Source: an uncultured Gemmatimonadales bacterium (GTDB lineage Bacteria; Gemmatimonadota; Gemmatimonadetes; Gemmatimonadales; Gemmatimonadaceae). Taken from it: 64,000 bases of DNA. Positions 19,356 through 31,645 of the stretch are shown here, in pieces. The notes under the pieces were generated by a model. It did not search any database and had not been told where the DNA came from. It worked only from the letters and a program-made list of their open reading frames with translations. The DNA is taken from assembly GCA_963851265.1 (NCBI GenBank), contig CAWKNZ010000002.1, positions 704,001-768,000 on the forward strand. The letters run 5' to 3'. The first letter of the stretch is position 1; each line of letters starts with the position of its first letter. A program made the position numbers and the translations under genes.

Positions 19356-20273
19356 TCAGACGGCCGCGCCCTGCGCGGCCTGGACCTGCTCCCACGCGTG
19401 ATAGCTGGAGCGCACGAGCGGCCCGCTCTCGACGTGCCGGAAACCGAGCGCCATGCCGACGTCGTAGAACGCGCGGAACTCGTCGGGCGTGACGTAGCGG
19501 TCGAGCGCGACGTGGCCGTCGGACGGCCGCAGGTACTGGCCGAGGGTGAGGATGTCGACGTCGACCGCGCGCAGGTCCTTCATGGTCGCGACGACCTCCT
19601 CGTTGGTCTCGCCCATGCCGAGGATGATGCCGGTCTTGGTCGGGATGTCGGGGGCGAGGCGCTTGCTCGTGCGGAAGATCTCCATCACGCGCTCGTAGCG
19701 GCCGCCGGGGCGGCACTTCTTGTAGAGGCGCGGGACGGTCTCGGTGTTGTGATTGTAGATGTCGGGACGCGCCTCGAGCACCGCGGCGATCGAGCTCTCG
19801 CGGCCCTGGAAGTCGGGCACCAGCACCTCGACGCTGGCCTCGGGGAGGCGGGCCTTGATCTCGCGCACGGTCTCGGCGAACGCCCACGCGCCGAAATCGG
19901 GGAGGTCGTCGCGGTCCACCGAGGTGAGCACGACGTGGCGGAGCCCCATCTCGGCGCACGCTTCGGCCACGCGTTCCGGCTCCGCGGGGTCGAACTTGGG
20001 CGGGCGCCCGTGCGCGACCGCGCAGTACGCGCAGTTGCGCGTGCAGACGTCGCCGAGGATCATGAACGTGGCGGTGCCGTGCTCCCAGCACTCGCCGACG
20101 TTGGGGCAGCGCGCCTCCTCACAAACCGTGTGGAGGTCGAGGTCGCGCATGAGCTGCTTGAGGCGCAGGTAGTTCGGGCCGCCCGGCGCTTTGACCTTGA
20201 GCCAGCCGGGCTTGCGCACGGGAACCGGCTCGGCGCGGTGGCGCCCCATGATCTGGTACAGCGTGTCGGCCAT
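19356..20273 (-). CDS. lipA: Lipoyl synthase
   Basis: ATG 20273; CEEARCPNVGEC, CTRNCAYC, RSSYHA. Confidence 0.97.
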   Translation of the reverse strand: MADTLYQIMGRHRAEPVPVRKPGWLKVKAPGGPNYLRLKQLMRDLDLHTVCEEARCPNVGECWEHGTATFMILGDVCTRNCAYCAVAHGRPPKFDPAEPERVAEACAEMGLRHVVLTSVDRDDLPDFGAWAFAETVREIKARLPEASVEVLVPDFQGRESSIAAVLEARPDIYNHNTETVPRLYKKCRPGGRYERVMEIFRTSKRLAPDIPTKTGIILGMGETNEEVVATMKDLRAVDVDILTLGQYLRPSDGHVALDRYVTPDEFRAFYDVGMALGFRHVESGPLVRSSYHAWEQVQAAQGAAV

Positions 20274-20472
20274 GCGGCGCGGGGCGAAGCGGGGGAGCGG
20301 TGTGACGAACGGTTGGTAAGCTAGACCGACACCGATTCGCGAGCTAGCGACCGTAACCACCGTACGCGCGGATGCCGGTTGTCACTCGCGATCGGGCTCG
20401 GCGAAACCGCGGGCCAGTGGGCGGCGTACGGACGCTCGATCCCGTGCATCCCCCCACGTCGCCACGCCTCCC

Positions 20473-20706
20473 ATGTTCCGCACCGTCTTCGCCCTCGGCC
20501 TCTGCGCCATCCTCGGCGTCGTCGCGCTCAAGCTCGTCTTCGGCATCGCGGGCGGCCTGCTCGGCACGCTCGTCGGCCTCTTCGTCTGGCTCCTGAGCGT
20601 GGCGATCCGGCTCGTGCTCGTGGGGCTCGTGCTCTACGTGATCCTTCGCATCGTCAGCCCCGAGACGGCGCGGCGCGTGCGCCGGCGCTTCGACGACGCG
20701 TTCTGA
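20473..20706 (+). CDS. Small hydrophobic membrane protein
   Basis: 77 aa, almost entirely hydrophobic, strong GC3 codon bias. Confidence 0.7.
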   Translation: MFRTVFALGLCAILGVVALKLVFGIAGGLLGTLVGLFVWLLSVAIRLVLVGLVLYVILRIVSPETARRVRRRFDDAF

Positions 20707-20746
20707 GCCCGGCGCGGCGGGCGACCGCGACGGGCCGCCCGATGCG

Positions 20747-21610
20747 TTAGGCAGCCTTCTCGCCGGCGCGCCGGTTGTTCAGCTGCATGGTGAGCGAGCC
20801 GAACGACAGCGACGACTGCACCTTCAGGATGACGCGCTGGTCGTCGTCGGAGATCCACACCTCGGCGCGCCCGCCCTCGGAGAAGATGCCCTTCGTCTTG
20901 ATCGTCGGCTGCACGACGACCGCGTCGAACGTACCGGCGGGCACGCGCACGCGTTCACGGCGCAGGACCCGGATCCGCACCGGGTTGCGGTCGGGCTTGT
21001 AGTACCGGTTGAACTCGTACACGTCCCCCGTGTGCAGCGGCAGCGTGCGGACCATGTACAAGAACGAGCCGTCGTCGAGCGGGTCGGCGCTCGAGCGCTC
21101 CTCGGGCTTCGAGCCGTCCTGATACGTCTGGCGCTCGGGGAATATCTCGTAACGCTTGTTGCGCGACTTGCTCCCCTCGAGCTGCGTCTGGTAGAAGCGC
21201 AGCGACGAGAGCGTCGTGGTGTCGATCCAGCTCTCGTATGTGTCGTTGACGTGGTAGAAGAACGTGCCGCCGGTGATGTGGAAGACGGCGTGGTACGCGG
21301 GGCGTCCGCGCACGTCGACGACCTCGGGCACCTCGAGCGTGGCGTTGCCCGCGTGCAGGACGCCGAACTTGACGTCGTAGGCGAGCCGCTCGCCCACGCC
21401 CCAGGGCACCGCCGCGCCCGCGACGCGGGTCCGCGGCTCTGCGGCGGGCGCCGGCTGCTGCGACGCGCGGGCGAGCACCGCGGCGGGCGCCGCGCCGAAC
21501 GCGACGGCCGCCGCGAGGCCGGCCGCAACGCGTCGGCGCCGACCGGTGCGCCCCCGCGCGTGCGGCGGGCGCGACCGGCACAGACGGCGTGAAGTGTGGT
21601 GGTTGATCAT
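20747..21610 (-). CDS. DUF3108-like secreted protein
   Basis: GERLAYDVKFG, DTYESWID, VRVPAGTFDA, VWISDD..R; ATG at 21610 overlaps an upstream TGA (ATGA). Confidence 0.8.
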   Translation of the reverse strand: MINHHTSRRLCRSRPPHARGRTGRRRRVAAGLAAAVAFGAAPAAVLARASQQPAPAAEPRTRVAGAAVPWGVGERLAYDVKFGVLHAGNATLEVPEVVDVRGRPAYHAVFHITGGTFFYHVNDTYESWIDTTTLSSLRFYQTQLEGSKSRNKRYEIFPERQTYQDGSKPEERSSADPLDDGSFLYMVRTLPLHTGDVYEFNRYYKPDRNPVRIRVLRRERVRVPAGTFDAVVVQPTIKTKGIFSEGGRAEVWISDDDQRVILKVQSSLSFGSLTMQLNNRRAGEKAA

Positions 21611-23234
21611 GAAGAAGGCTGGTCGGAAGGCGCGTCGTGCCACATCGCGGGATCGGCACCGGTGTCGTCCGGTCGTACCCCGGATTCGCCCTCGGATCCC
21701 GTCGCACGTCGCCGCGAGCCGCGGCGCCGACGACGCCGCGCGGGTGCGCCCGATGGCTCGCCCGCCGCATGGTCTGGCGGGGCGTCCGTCGGTTCCATCG
21801 CGTCGATCGCTGGCGCGCGCGACGGCTCGCTCGCCGGTGCGCGCGTGCGTTCACGTGCGGGTTCGCTGACCACCGGGTCTGGCGCGTCGTCGCCGGTGGC
21901 CGCCGCCTCCGGATCGTTGCCGTCGGCCGCCCCGACGTCCGCCGCCCCGGCGTCGGCCACCCCGGCACGGCCCCGGCGACCACGCCGGCGCCGGCGCGCG
22001 TTCTTCGGGGCGGCCGTCGTGTCGGCGTCGTCGTGCGACCCGTCCGGGTCCTCGACGGCCGGGGCCTGCGCTGTTGGCGGGCTCGGCGCCGGTGTGCGCG
22101 GCGCCGGTGGGTACGGCGTCGGTGGGTACGGCGCCGCGCTGCGGGCCGCGCTGCGGGCTCGGCGGCTGCCGGCTCCGCGGTGGCCGGCTCGGCGGTCACA
22201 CTCGCGGGGCGCTGCGTCGCCGGGCGGTCGGGGCGCGGCCGGGCACGATCGCGCGCGCGTCGCGGGCGGTCGGCATGCGTCGCCGGCTCCGGGGGTACCG
22301 CGAGCGTGGTCGCGGACGATACGGCATCCCTCGTCGACGCGGTCGGGGCCGCCGCGTTCGGAGCCGCAGTGTTCGGAGCCGCGGCATTCGGGGCCGCCCC
22401 ATTCCCCGGCACGCCGCCGACCACGGACGCGCGCGCGCCGACGCCATGCGGCTGGACGCGGCGCGCGGGTCGGCGCGCGCGCCAGAGGACGGCGGCCAGC
22501 GCCCGGAGCTCGGCCGGCCAGTCGATGCGTGAGGCCCGCGTGCGCACCCCGTACTGTGCGGGTGCGTCGACGCGCTCGATGGTGCGGGCGAACGGGGCTG
22601 TGCGGATGGCGAGTTCGGCGGTGCCGGCCCACCCCGGCGCGCTCACGAGTGCGGCGCCGTCCGCCGCGGCCAGCGCGTCACGCAGGACGGAGACCCGGAT
22701 CAGTCGCAGCACGTTGAGCAGCGCACCCGGATCACGGCCCGCCGCGTCACGGCCGGTCGCATCGCGCGCGGCCGCGCGAACGAGCGGCGGCAGCAGGAGG
22801 GACGCCGCGCGCCGGAGGCGACGCTCGCCGACCGGCTGGTCGGGGCCGAGCACGCGGTTGGTGAGCACCACGTCGGCGCCGGCATCGAACGGCACGAGCA
22901 ACGACGGCAGAAGCCCGGGGGCGTCGGTGAAGTCGGCCTGCATGAGCACGACCGCGTCCACCTCGGGCGCCCGCGATCGCGTGACCGCATACCGTACGAG
23001 CGCGTCAACCGCCGCAGTCTGGCCGACACGCTCGTCGCCGCGCAGGCTCGTGAGCGGGAGCACCCGGTCGTACGGCGCGAGCACGTCGGCCGTCGCGTCG
23101 GTGCTCGCGTCGTCATACACGACTATCTCGTAGTCGCGTCCGTCGACCTGCTCCCGGAGCGTTTCGCGGAGGCGCCACAGCAGGACGCCGATGGTGACCG
23201 CTTCGTTGTGGGTCGGGATGCAGACGTAGAGCAC
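21607..23234 (-). CDS. GT2-family glycosyltransferase with a long low-complexity tail; apparent frameshift near 22070-22160
   Basis: LYVCIPTHNE, VYDDASTDAT, QADFTD. The natural-looking tail ([28 protein letters not shown]...) is in a different frame and ends at TGA 21607. Confidence 0.7.
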
Positions 23235-23520
23235 GGAGGCGCTGGCGTGAACGTGGCGCCTGGACGGCCGCCGTGCGCCGCGGCCCGCAGGCGGCGGCGT
23301 GGTACGATGTGGAAAGCTAGACGGGACCGCGTCGCCGTCGCCACCGACGTGGCTGCCCGCGCGCCGGTGGCTCGCCGCTGCCGGCCCGCGCGCCCGCTAG
23401 GTAAGCTTCGCCCGATGCGTGCCGCTCAGCACGGCACGCCCCATTCTGCTGGATTTGTCGTCACGCAGACGCTACGGCGCCGCCCGCGCGTCCGCGGTCG
23501 CTCCCCCGTCGATTCCGTTC

Positions 23521-24006
23521 ATGCTGTTCGACCAACTACGTGCCTCGTTTCGCGGGGTGCTCGACGCGGAGCGGTCGTCGGGCGATCGACGCGCCGCGGT
23601 GGCCGCCATGCGCGATGCGCTCGTGGCCGCGCGGGTGGGCGTCGACGACCTGCGGCGCGGTCTCGCCGAGGCGCGCTCGCGCGTCGAGGCGGCGCGCGCC
23701 GAGGTCGAGACGACGCGGCGCCGCGGCCGGCTCGCCGCCGAGGTGCACGACACCGAGACGGTGGTGGTAGCCGAACGGTTCGCCGCGTCGCAGGCCGAGC
23801 GGCTGGCCGTGCTTGAGGCGAAGGCGGATGTGCAGGAGCGCGAGCTCGGACTCGCGGAACGCGAGCTCGGCGAAATGACGGCGGAATATCGCCGACTCGC
23901 GGCGACCGGGCGCATGGACGTGCCCGATTCCTCCACTCCGGCCGCCTCTCCCCCGGCCGACGCCGACGCGCTCCTCGCCGCGCTCAAGCGGCGCATGGGG
24001 AAGTAG
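23521..24006 (+). CDS. PspA/IM30-like coiled-coil protein (short)
   Basis: ATG 23521 (MLFDQLR); heptad-rich helix; C-terminal ADALLAALKRRMGK. Confidence 0.6.
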   Translation: MLFDQLRASFRGVLDAERSSGDRRAAVAAMRDALVAARVGVDDLRRGLAEARSRVEAARAEVETTRRRGRLAAEVHDTETVVVAERFAASQAERLAVLEAKADVQERELGLAERELGEMTAEYRRLAATGRMDVPDSSTPAASPPADADALLAALKRRMGK

Positions 24007-25902
24007 GTGACCGTTCCTGGCGCGACGCGGCATGCGTCGCGGGCGGGCGCGGGCGGGGTGGCGCGCGCGGGCGCCCGCCTCGCGGGTGCGGGCGCGCTCG
24101 CGCTCGGCGTGCGGGCCGCGGCCCAGCCGCCGAGCAGCGTCCCGCTCCCGGCCGGACCTCCGGGGCCGGCTGTGCGTGCAACACCCCCCGCTCCGCCAGA
24201 CACCGGGGCGCGTCGGTTCGAGGGACGGCCGCTCGTCGCGTGCCGCGGGCAGACGGTGCACGAGATCGTCGTCGACAATCACGCGCCGCTCAGCAATCAG
24301 CGCGTGCCGCGGCGGCTCAGAAAGCTCGAGCGGCGCGTCACCGCGCTGCACTCCACGACGCGCGAGAGCGTCGTCCGCCGCTTCCTCCTGTTGCGCGAAG
24401 GCGACCCGTGCGACGAACTCCGACGTTCGGAGTCCGAGCGCGTGCTGCGCGCCCAGCCGTTCCTGGTCGATGCGCGGGTACGTCCGTACGCGGACGGCGC
24501 CGGCGGGGTCACGCTACTGGTCACCACGCGCGACGAATTCTCGGTCCTGCTCGCCGTCGCGGCATTGAGCGGGGGTGGCGCGCCACCCGTCAGCCGCTTG
24601 CGCGTCGGCGAGGCCAATCTGATGGGCGAAGGCGTGTACGCGTCGGCCGAGTGGTACTGGGGCGGCGTCGGGTACCGCGACGGATACCTCGCCCGCATCA
24701 TGGACTACCAGTTCGCCGGCAGGCCGTACCAGCTCTCGGTCATCGGTGAGCGGCGCGACGTCGGGGGCCAGTGGGCGGTCGACTTGAGCCACCCGTTCTA
24801 CACCGACCTGCAACGCGTCGGCTGGCGCACCTCGGCCGGCGACGCGCACGAGTACCAGCAGCTCATACGACCCGGCACCGCGAACGCACTCTTCTATCGC
24901 CGGCGCTACGCGAACGTGGGCGGGATCGTGCGGCTCGGCGTACCCGGACGCCTGAGCCTGTTCGGCGCGTCGGCGTCGTTCGAGCGCGCGTCGACGGAGA
25001 ACCGGATCCGCGTGTTGAGCGATACGGGGATCGTGCCTGACGTGGGGTATGGCGCCCCGCTGGGCGGGCCGCCGCCGTCGCTGCGATTTCCGGGGCAGAA
25101 CGTGGCGCGTCTCAACGCCCTGTGGGGCGTGCGCGACGTGACGTTCGCGCGCGTGTCGGGGTTCGACGCGCTCACCGGCACGCAGGACGTGCGGCGCGGA
25201 TTCCAGGCGAGCGTTCTGTTCGGGCGCAGCGTCCCGGTGTTCCGGTCTCACGACGACGACTACTTCGTGTCGAGCGACGCGTACGTCGGCGCCGGGGGGC
25301 CGCGTGCCTTCGCGGCGGCGGAGGCCCGCGGCGAGGCGCGGCGTGACAACGCGCTCGGGCGGTGGGACGGGGTGATCGTCGGCGGCCGGGCGGCGGCGTA
25401 CCTCGTGCCGGACGCGCGCTTCCGCTTCGTGTCGAGCGTCGAGTACGGGACGACGCAGCGGCCGCGGATCCCGGTGCAGCTCTCGTTAGGCGACCGCTAC
25501 GGGGGCGTGCGCGGGTACGACGGCAGCAGCGTGTCGGGCGCGACGCGGCTCGTGTCGCGCAACGAGGCGCGCGTGGTGTTCGGGCCGAAGTTCGGGCTGG
25601 GCGAGTTCGGCGCCGACGTGTTCGCCGACGCGGGCAAGCTGTGGGCCGGCGACGCGCCGTACGGCGTGACGACGCCCGTGCGCTCGTCGGTCGGCGTCGG
25701 CCTGCTCGGCGCGTTTCCCCCGGGGTCCCGCCGGCTGTGGCGCCTCAACGTCGCCCGGCCGCTGTCGCGAGAGCCCGGCACCTCGAAGTTCCGGATCATC
25801 CTCGACAACCGCGATCTCACACGGCAGTTCTGGCGCGAACCTGGCGACGTTAGCAACGGGCGGGAGCGATCTGCGCCCGCCAGCCTCTACAACTGGCCCT
25901 GA
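24007..25902 (+). CDS. Omp85/BamA-TamA-superfamily outer-membrane protein
   Basis: POTRA-like TRESVVRRFLLLREGD...ESERVLRAQPFL; VGEANLMG; GGVRGY; FADAGK; SVGVGL. Confidence 0.75.
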   Translation: MTVPGATRHASRAGAGGVARAGARLAGAGALALGVRAAAQPPSSVPLPAGPPGPAVRATPPAPPDTGARRFEGRPLVACRGQTVHEIVVDNHAPLSNQRVPRRLRKLERRVTALHSTTRESVVRRFLLLREGDPCDELRRSESERVLRAQPFLVDARVRPYADGAGGVTLLVTTRDEFSVLLAVAALSGGGAPPVSRLRVGEANLMGEGVYASAEWYWGGVGYRDGYLARIMDYQFAGRPYQLSVIGERRDVGGQWAVDLSHPFYTDLQRVGWRTSAGDAHEYQQLIRPGTANALFYRRRYANVGGIVRLGVPGRLSLFGASASFERASTENRIRVLSDTGIVPDVGYGAPLGGPPPSLRFPGQNVARLNALWGVRDVTFARVSGFDALTGTQDVRRGFQASVLFGRSVPVFRSHDDDYFVSSDAYVGAGGPRAFAAAEARGEARRDNALGRWDGVIVGGRAAAYLVPDARFRFVSSVEYGTTQRPRIPVQLSLGDRYGGVRGYDGSSVSGATRLVSRNEARVVFGPKFGLGEFGADVFADAGKLWAGDAPYGVTTPVRSSVGVGLLGAFPPGSRRLWRLNVARPLSREPGTSKFRIILDNRDLTRQFWREPGDVSNGRERSAPASLYNWP

Positions 25903-25939
25903 CGTCCGGCTCGGACGGCGGGCCCCATCTCTGCGTGCC

Positions 25940-26911
25940 GTGACCCAGCGCAACGAGCCCCCGTCCCGCGGACGCTCCGCCGAACGCGTGCTCACGACGT
26001 ACGTCATCGGTGTCTTCATTGCGGCCGCGCTCGGCGCCCCATGGTTGTATCGCGCGGTACGGACGGCGGCGGCGTACGCGCCGCTCCTCGCGCCCCTGGC
26101 GGCGCATCCGATGCACCGCTACCTGCAGCGGCTGCTGCTCGCGTGCGCGCTCGCCGCGTTGCCGCTCCTGCTCCGCTCGCTCGGCATTCGGCGGTGGCGC
26201 GATCTCGGACTCGCGCGGCCGATGGCGTACCGGCGTACGCTCGCGACGGGGGCGTTGATCGGGGCCGGTACCATGTTGGCGGCAGCCGCGCTGCCCGTAG
26301 CGGCCGGAGCGCGCGTATTCGATCCTTCGGCGACTCCGGGGCGCGTCGTCGTGCGTATCGTCACCGCGCTCGCCGTGGCACCCGCCGTGGCGCTGGTCGA
26401 GGAACTCATGTTCCGGGGGATCATCGACGGCGGGCTGCGCCGCGCCCGGGCATCGGGTGCCGCCCTTGCGGTGAGCAGCGCATTCTACGCGGCCGTCCAT
26501 TTCCTCGGTCGTCCTGGCACGCCGGCGCTCGTCACCTGGTGGTCGGGACTGACCACGCTCGTCGGCATGCTGGCGGGGCTCGCCGACCTCGGCGCGTTCC
26601 TCCCCGCGTTCCTCACACTCTGGCTCGTCGGCGCGTCGCTCGGTTCCCTCTACCAGCGCGCGGGCACCTTACTCGCGAACGTCGGCGTGCACGCGGGCGG
26701 CATTTTCGTGCTGCAGCTCTACGGGCTCGTCACCACCGACGTACAGGGCGCCGACGCGCGGGTGTGGGGGACCGGACGCCTGCTGGACGGATGGGCCGCG
26801 CTGGGGGTCGTGCTGGCCGCGCTGGGCGTCGCGCGCCTGTTCCGGACGCGGTGCGTTCGGGCGGCGGCGGGATCGGCGGTCGAGTTGGAGGGCGCGTCGC
26901 TGGCCGCGTGA
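25940..26911 (+). CDS. CPBP/CAAX-family intramembrane metalloprotease
   Basis: VEELMFRG, FYAAVH, GVHAG; multiple transmembrane segments. Confidence 0.85.
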   Translation: MTQRNEPPSRGRSAERVLTTYVIGVFIAAALGAPWLYRAVRTAAAYAPLLAPLAAHPMHRYLQRLLLACALAALPLLLRSLGIRRWRDLGLARPMAYRRTLATGALIGAGTMLAAAALPVAAGARVFDPSATPGRVVVRIVTALAVAPAVALVEELMFRGIIDGGLRRARASGAALAVSSAFYAAVHFLGRPGTPALVTWWSGLTTLVGMLAGLADLGAFLPAFLTLWLVGASLGSLYQRAGTLLANVGVHAGGIFVLQLYGLVTTDVQGADARVWGTGRLLDGWAALGVVLAALGVARLFRTRCVRAAAGSAVELEGASLAA

Positions 26912-26940
26912 CGGCCGCCTAACTGGCTCGCGGCGGGCGC

Positions 26941-28515
<1,575 letters not shown>

Positions 28516-28567
28516 GCGGTACGATACGCCGAGGTCGCCCCGGGCCGCACCCCCGCTCGGCGTGGTG

Positions 28568-29641
28568 CTACGACGCGCCGATCACTGGCAGGTAGCGCTC
28601 GGGCGCGCGCGTCGCACCGGCCGCCTGCTGCCGCGCCCAGTCCACGGTGGTCGGTGGCTGCTTGATGCACGCGGCCCAATGCCCGGGTGCCTTCTCCTCC
28701 AGCGGCGGCTCGATGGCCGCGCAGGCCGCATCCTTCTGCGGGTGGAAACAGCGCGGGTGAAACACGCACCCGCTGGGCGGGTTGGCGGGGGAGGGCACGT
28801 CGCCCGTGAGCACGATGCGGCGACGGTTCGCGCCGGGACGCGGCACCGGGATCGCGGAGAGCAGCGCCTGGGTGTAGGGCATGATCGGCTCAGCGTACAG
28901 CCGGGCGCTCGTCGCGAGTTCGACGATCTTGCCGAGGTACATCACCGCCACGCGGTCGGCGACGTGTTCGACCACGCTGAGGTCGTGCGCGACGAACAGG
29001 TAGGCGAGGCCGCGGCGACGCTGCAGGTCCTGCAACAGGTTGACGACCTGCGCCTGTACCGAGACGTCGAGCGCGGAAACGGGCTCATCGCAGACGATCA
29101 GCTTGGGCTCCACGGCAAGCGCGCGCGCGATCCCGACCCGCTGGCGCTGCCCGCCCGAGAACTCGTGCGGGTAGCGCGTCGCGTACTCGGGGCGGAGGCC
29201 GACCTCGTCGAGCAGTTCGCGCACGCGCCGGTCGGCCTCGCCCCCCTCGGCGAGGCGGTGAATCGTGATGCCCTCGCGCACGGTCGCACCGATCGTCATG
29301 CGCGGGTTGAGGGACGAGAACGGGTCCTGAAAGACGAGCTGCATGTGGCGCCGCAGGCGCCGGAGGTCGCCAGCCCCGAGCGCGAGCACGTCGGCGCCGT
29401 CGAACGCGACCTCGCCCGCCGTGGGCTCGACGAGGCGGAGAATGGCGCGCCCGGTGGTCGTCTTTCCACAGCCGCTCTCGCCGACGAGGCCGAGCGTCTC
29501 GCCGGCCGCGAGGTCGAACGACACGCCGTCGACGGCGCGCACCGCGCCCGCGGCGCGGCCGAAGAGTCCGCGCGCGATCGGGAAGTGCTTCTTGAGGCCG
29601 CGCACCCGGAGGAGCGGCGCGGCGTTCGGCACGGCGGTCAT
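28568..29641 (-). CDS. Oligo/dipeptide ABC transporter ATP-binding protein (OppF/DppF-like)
   Basis: ATG 29641 overlaps upstream stop; [25 protein letters not shown]-terminal Cys cluster. Confidence 0.93.
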   Translation of the reverse strand: MTAVPNAAPLLRVRGLKKHFPIARGLFGRAAGAVRAVDGVSFDLAAGETLGLVGESGCGKTTTGRAILRLVEPTAGEVAFDGADVLALGAGDLRRLRRHMQLVFQDPFSSLNPRMTIGATVREGITIHRLAEGGEADRRVRELLDEVGLRPEYATRYPHEFSGGQRQRVGIARALAVEPKLIVCDEPVSALDVSVQAQVVNLLQDLQRRRGLAYLFVAHDLSVVEHVADRVAVMYLGKIVELATSARLYAEPIMPYTQALLSAIPVPRPGANRRRIVLTGDVPSPANPPSGCVFHPRCFHPQKDAACAAIEPPLEEKAPGHWAACIKQPPTTVDWARQQAAGATRAPERYLPVIGAS

Positions 29642-30651
29642 CGGACGGCCGCGAGCGGAAGGTGGCGATTGGCGCGGCGCGCGGGCTCGTCGACCAGGTG
29701 GCAGCGCGCGGCGTGGCCGGCGCCCGCATCGTAGAGTGGCGGGTGCTCGCGCTCGCACCGCTCCCACGCGTAGGGGCACCGATCGCGGAAGCGGCAGCCG
29801 GTGGGCCACGCCGTCGCGGGCGGCACGGTCCCGGGAATCGTCGCCAGGCGATCGCGCGCTTCCCCCAGACGCGGCACCGCGGCCAGCAGCCCTTCGGTGT
29901 AGGGGTGCTGCGGCGCGGCGAACAGCGCGTCGACGGTGGCCTCCTCGACGACCTCGCCGGCGTACATCACGACCACGCGCCGCGCGACCTCGGCCACGAC
30001 GCCCAGGTCGTGCGTGATGAGCAGGATCGCCGTGCCGAGCCGGGCCTGCATCTCGGCCAGCAGTTCGAGGATCTGCGCCTGAATGGTCACGTCGAGCGCG
30101 GTGGTCGGCTCGTCGGCGATGACGACCGCGGGATTCATGACGAGGGCCATCGCGATCATCACGCGCTGGCGCATGCCACCCGAGAGCTGGTGCGGGTACT
30201 CGCCCGCGCGCCGCGCCGGGTCGGGGATGCCGACCGCTTCGAGCATCTCGACGGCGCGCGCCCATGCCGCCTTGCGTCCGAGTCCGGCGTGCACCCGTGG
30301 CACCTCGGCGATCTGCTCGCCGATGGTGAGGACCGGGTTGAGCGCCGTCATCGGCTCCTGGAAGATCATCGCGACGCGGTCGCCGCGGATGGCGCGCAGT
30401 TCGCGCTCGGACATCGCGAGCAGGTCGCGGTCCTCGAACCGGATCTCACTGCCGGGCTCGATGCGCCCCGGCGGGCGAATGAGGCGCAGCACCGAAAGCG
30501 CGGTGACGCTCTTGCCGCACCCGCTCTCGCCGACGACGCCGAGCGTCTCGCCGGGGTGCACGTCGAACGAGACGCCGTCGACGGAGCGCGCCGGCGCGAC
30601 GCCGCCGTGGAACCACGTGCGCAGGTTGCGAACGGAGAGGACGGGGGGCAC
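29638..30651 (-). CDS. Oligo/dipeptide ABC transporter ATP-binding protein (OppD/DppD-like)
   Basis: GTG 30651; [24 protein letters not shown]. Confidence 0.93.
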   Translation of the reverse strand: MPPVLSVRNLRTWFHGGVAPARSVDGVSFDVHPGETLGVVGESGCGKSVTALSVLRLIRPPGRIEPGSEIRFEDRDLLAMSERELRAIRGDRVAMIFQEPMTALNPVLTIGEQIAEVPRVHAGLGRKAAWARAVEMLEAVGIPDPARRAGEYPHQLSGGMRQRVMIAMALVMNPAVVIADEPTTALDVTIQAQILELLAEMQARLGTAILLITHDLGVVAEVARRVVVMYAGEVVEEATVDALFAAPQHPYTEGLLAAVPRLGEARDRLATIPGTVPPATAWPTGCRFRDRCPYAWERCEREHPPLYDAGAGHAARCHLVDEPARRANRHLPLAAVR

Positions 30652-30706
30652 GCGGTTCAGTTTAGGTCGGCGGGAAGGGAGACGTGGCCCCCGTCGCGAG
30701 GCGACG

Positions 30707-31645
30707 TCACGCCGCTGCGCCCCGCGCACGGTCGCCGGCCCAGTCGCCGAGCACGCTCGCCGAGAGGACGCAGAGGACGACGCACGCAGTGGGCACTGCA
30801 ACGGTCCACGGGGCGTCGGCGAGGTACGCCGCGCCGTCCTGGACCATGCTCCCCCAGCTCGCGTCGGGCGGCCTGACGCCGAGCCCGAGGAACGAGAGGC
30901 CGGCTTCGAGCGCGAGCAGTTCGCCGAAGAGGAGGGTGCCCGCGACGGCGACCGTGCCGACGACGTGCGGCGGCAGGTGTCGCAGGAGCACACGCCCGGG
31001 AGACGCGCCCAGCGCGCGCGCGGCCTCGACGAACTCCGCGCGTCGCACGGCGGCGACGCGCGCGCGCACGAGGCGGCTCGTCCCGGGCCACGCGGTGAGG
31101 CCGAGCACGAGTGCGAGCGTGGGGGACGAGATGTGCGCCCACAGGGCGACGACCGCGAGCAGGAGCAGCACGCGCGGCACGCCGAGGACGGCGTCGACGC
31201 CGCGCATCAGGACCCGCTCCGTGCGCCCGCCGAGCGCCCCGGCCGCCCCGCCGACCGCGGTGCCTAACGCGGTCGCGACGGTCGCCGCGAGGGCGGCGAC
31301 GCCGAGCGACGTGCGCCCGGCGTAGAGCGTGCGGCTGAGCACGTCGCGCGAGAACGGGTCGGTGCCGAGGAGGTGCGCCCCCGACGGTGGCCGGTTTTGC
31401 AGCGCGACGAGGTCGAACTGGCGGGCGGGATCGTAGGGCGCGAGGTGTGGCGCGAGGAGCGCGACGGCGCCGAAGGCGGCGAGCGTCACGCCGGCGAGTC
31501 GAACGGACCACGGCAGCCGGGCGACGGCAGAGACGACGCGGCCGCGAAGCGCCGGGAGCGCACTCACCGTGGCCACGCGCATCGTCGCGATCGCCGGGTA
31601 CGCGGGTGTGCCCACGGCATGCGGAATGACGCTCGCATCGCTCAC
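30707..31645 (-). CDS. Peptide ABC transporter permease (OppC/DppC-like)
   Basis: [34 protein letters not shown] overlap with upstream gene. Confidence 0.9.
   Translation of the reverse strand: MSDASVIPHAVGTPAYPAIATMRVATVSALPALRGRVVSAVARLPWSVRLAGVTLAAFGAVALLAPHLAPYDPARQFDLVALQNRPPSGAHLLGTDPFSRDVLSRTLYAGRTSLGVAALAATVATALGTAVGGAAGALGGRTERVLMRGVDAVLGVPRVLLLLAVVALWAHISSPTLALVLGLTAWPGTSRLVRARVAAVRRAEFVEAARALGASPGRVLLRHLPPHVVGTVAVAGTLLFGELLALEAGLSFLGLGVRPPDASWGSMVQDGAAYLADAPWTVAVPTACVVLCVLSASVLGDWAGDRARGAAA

Noticed and set aside
15716..20091. Apparent giant PdhC (1024 aa) and PdhA (621 aa) in the ORF track
   Set aside because: The N-terminal extensions are off-frame readings over neighbouring genes; true starts are at 17218 and 19317.
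22081..22400. Short repeats as a CRISPR array
   Set aside because: The units are 12-15 bp, have no unique spacers, encode low-complexity peptide, and no cas genes are present.
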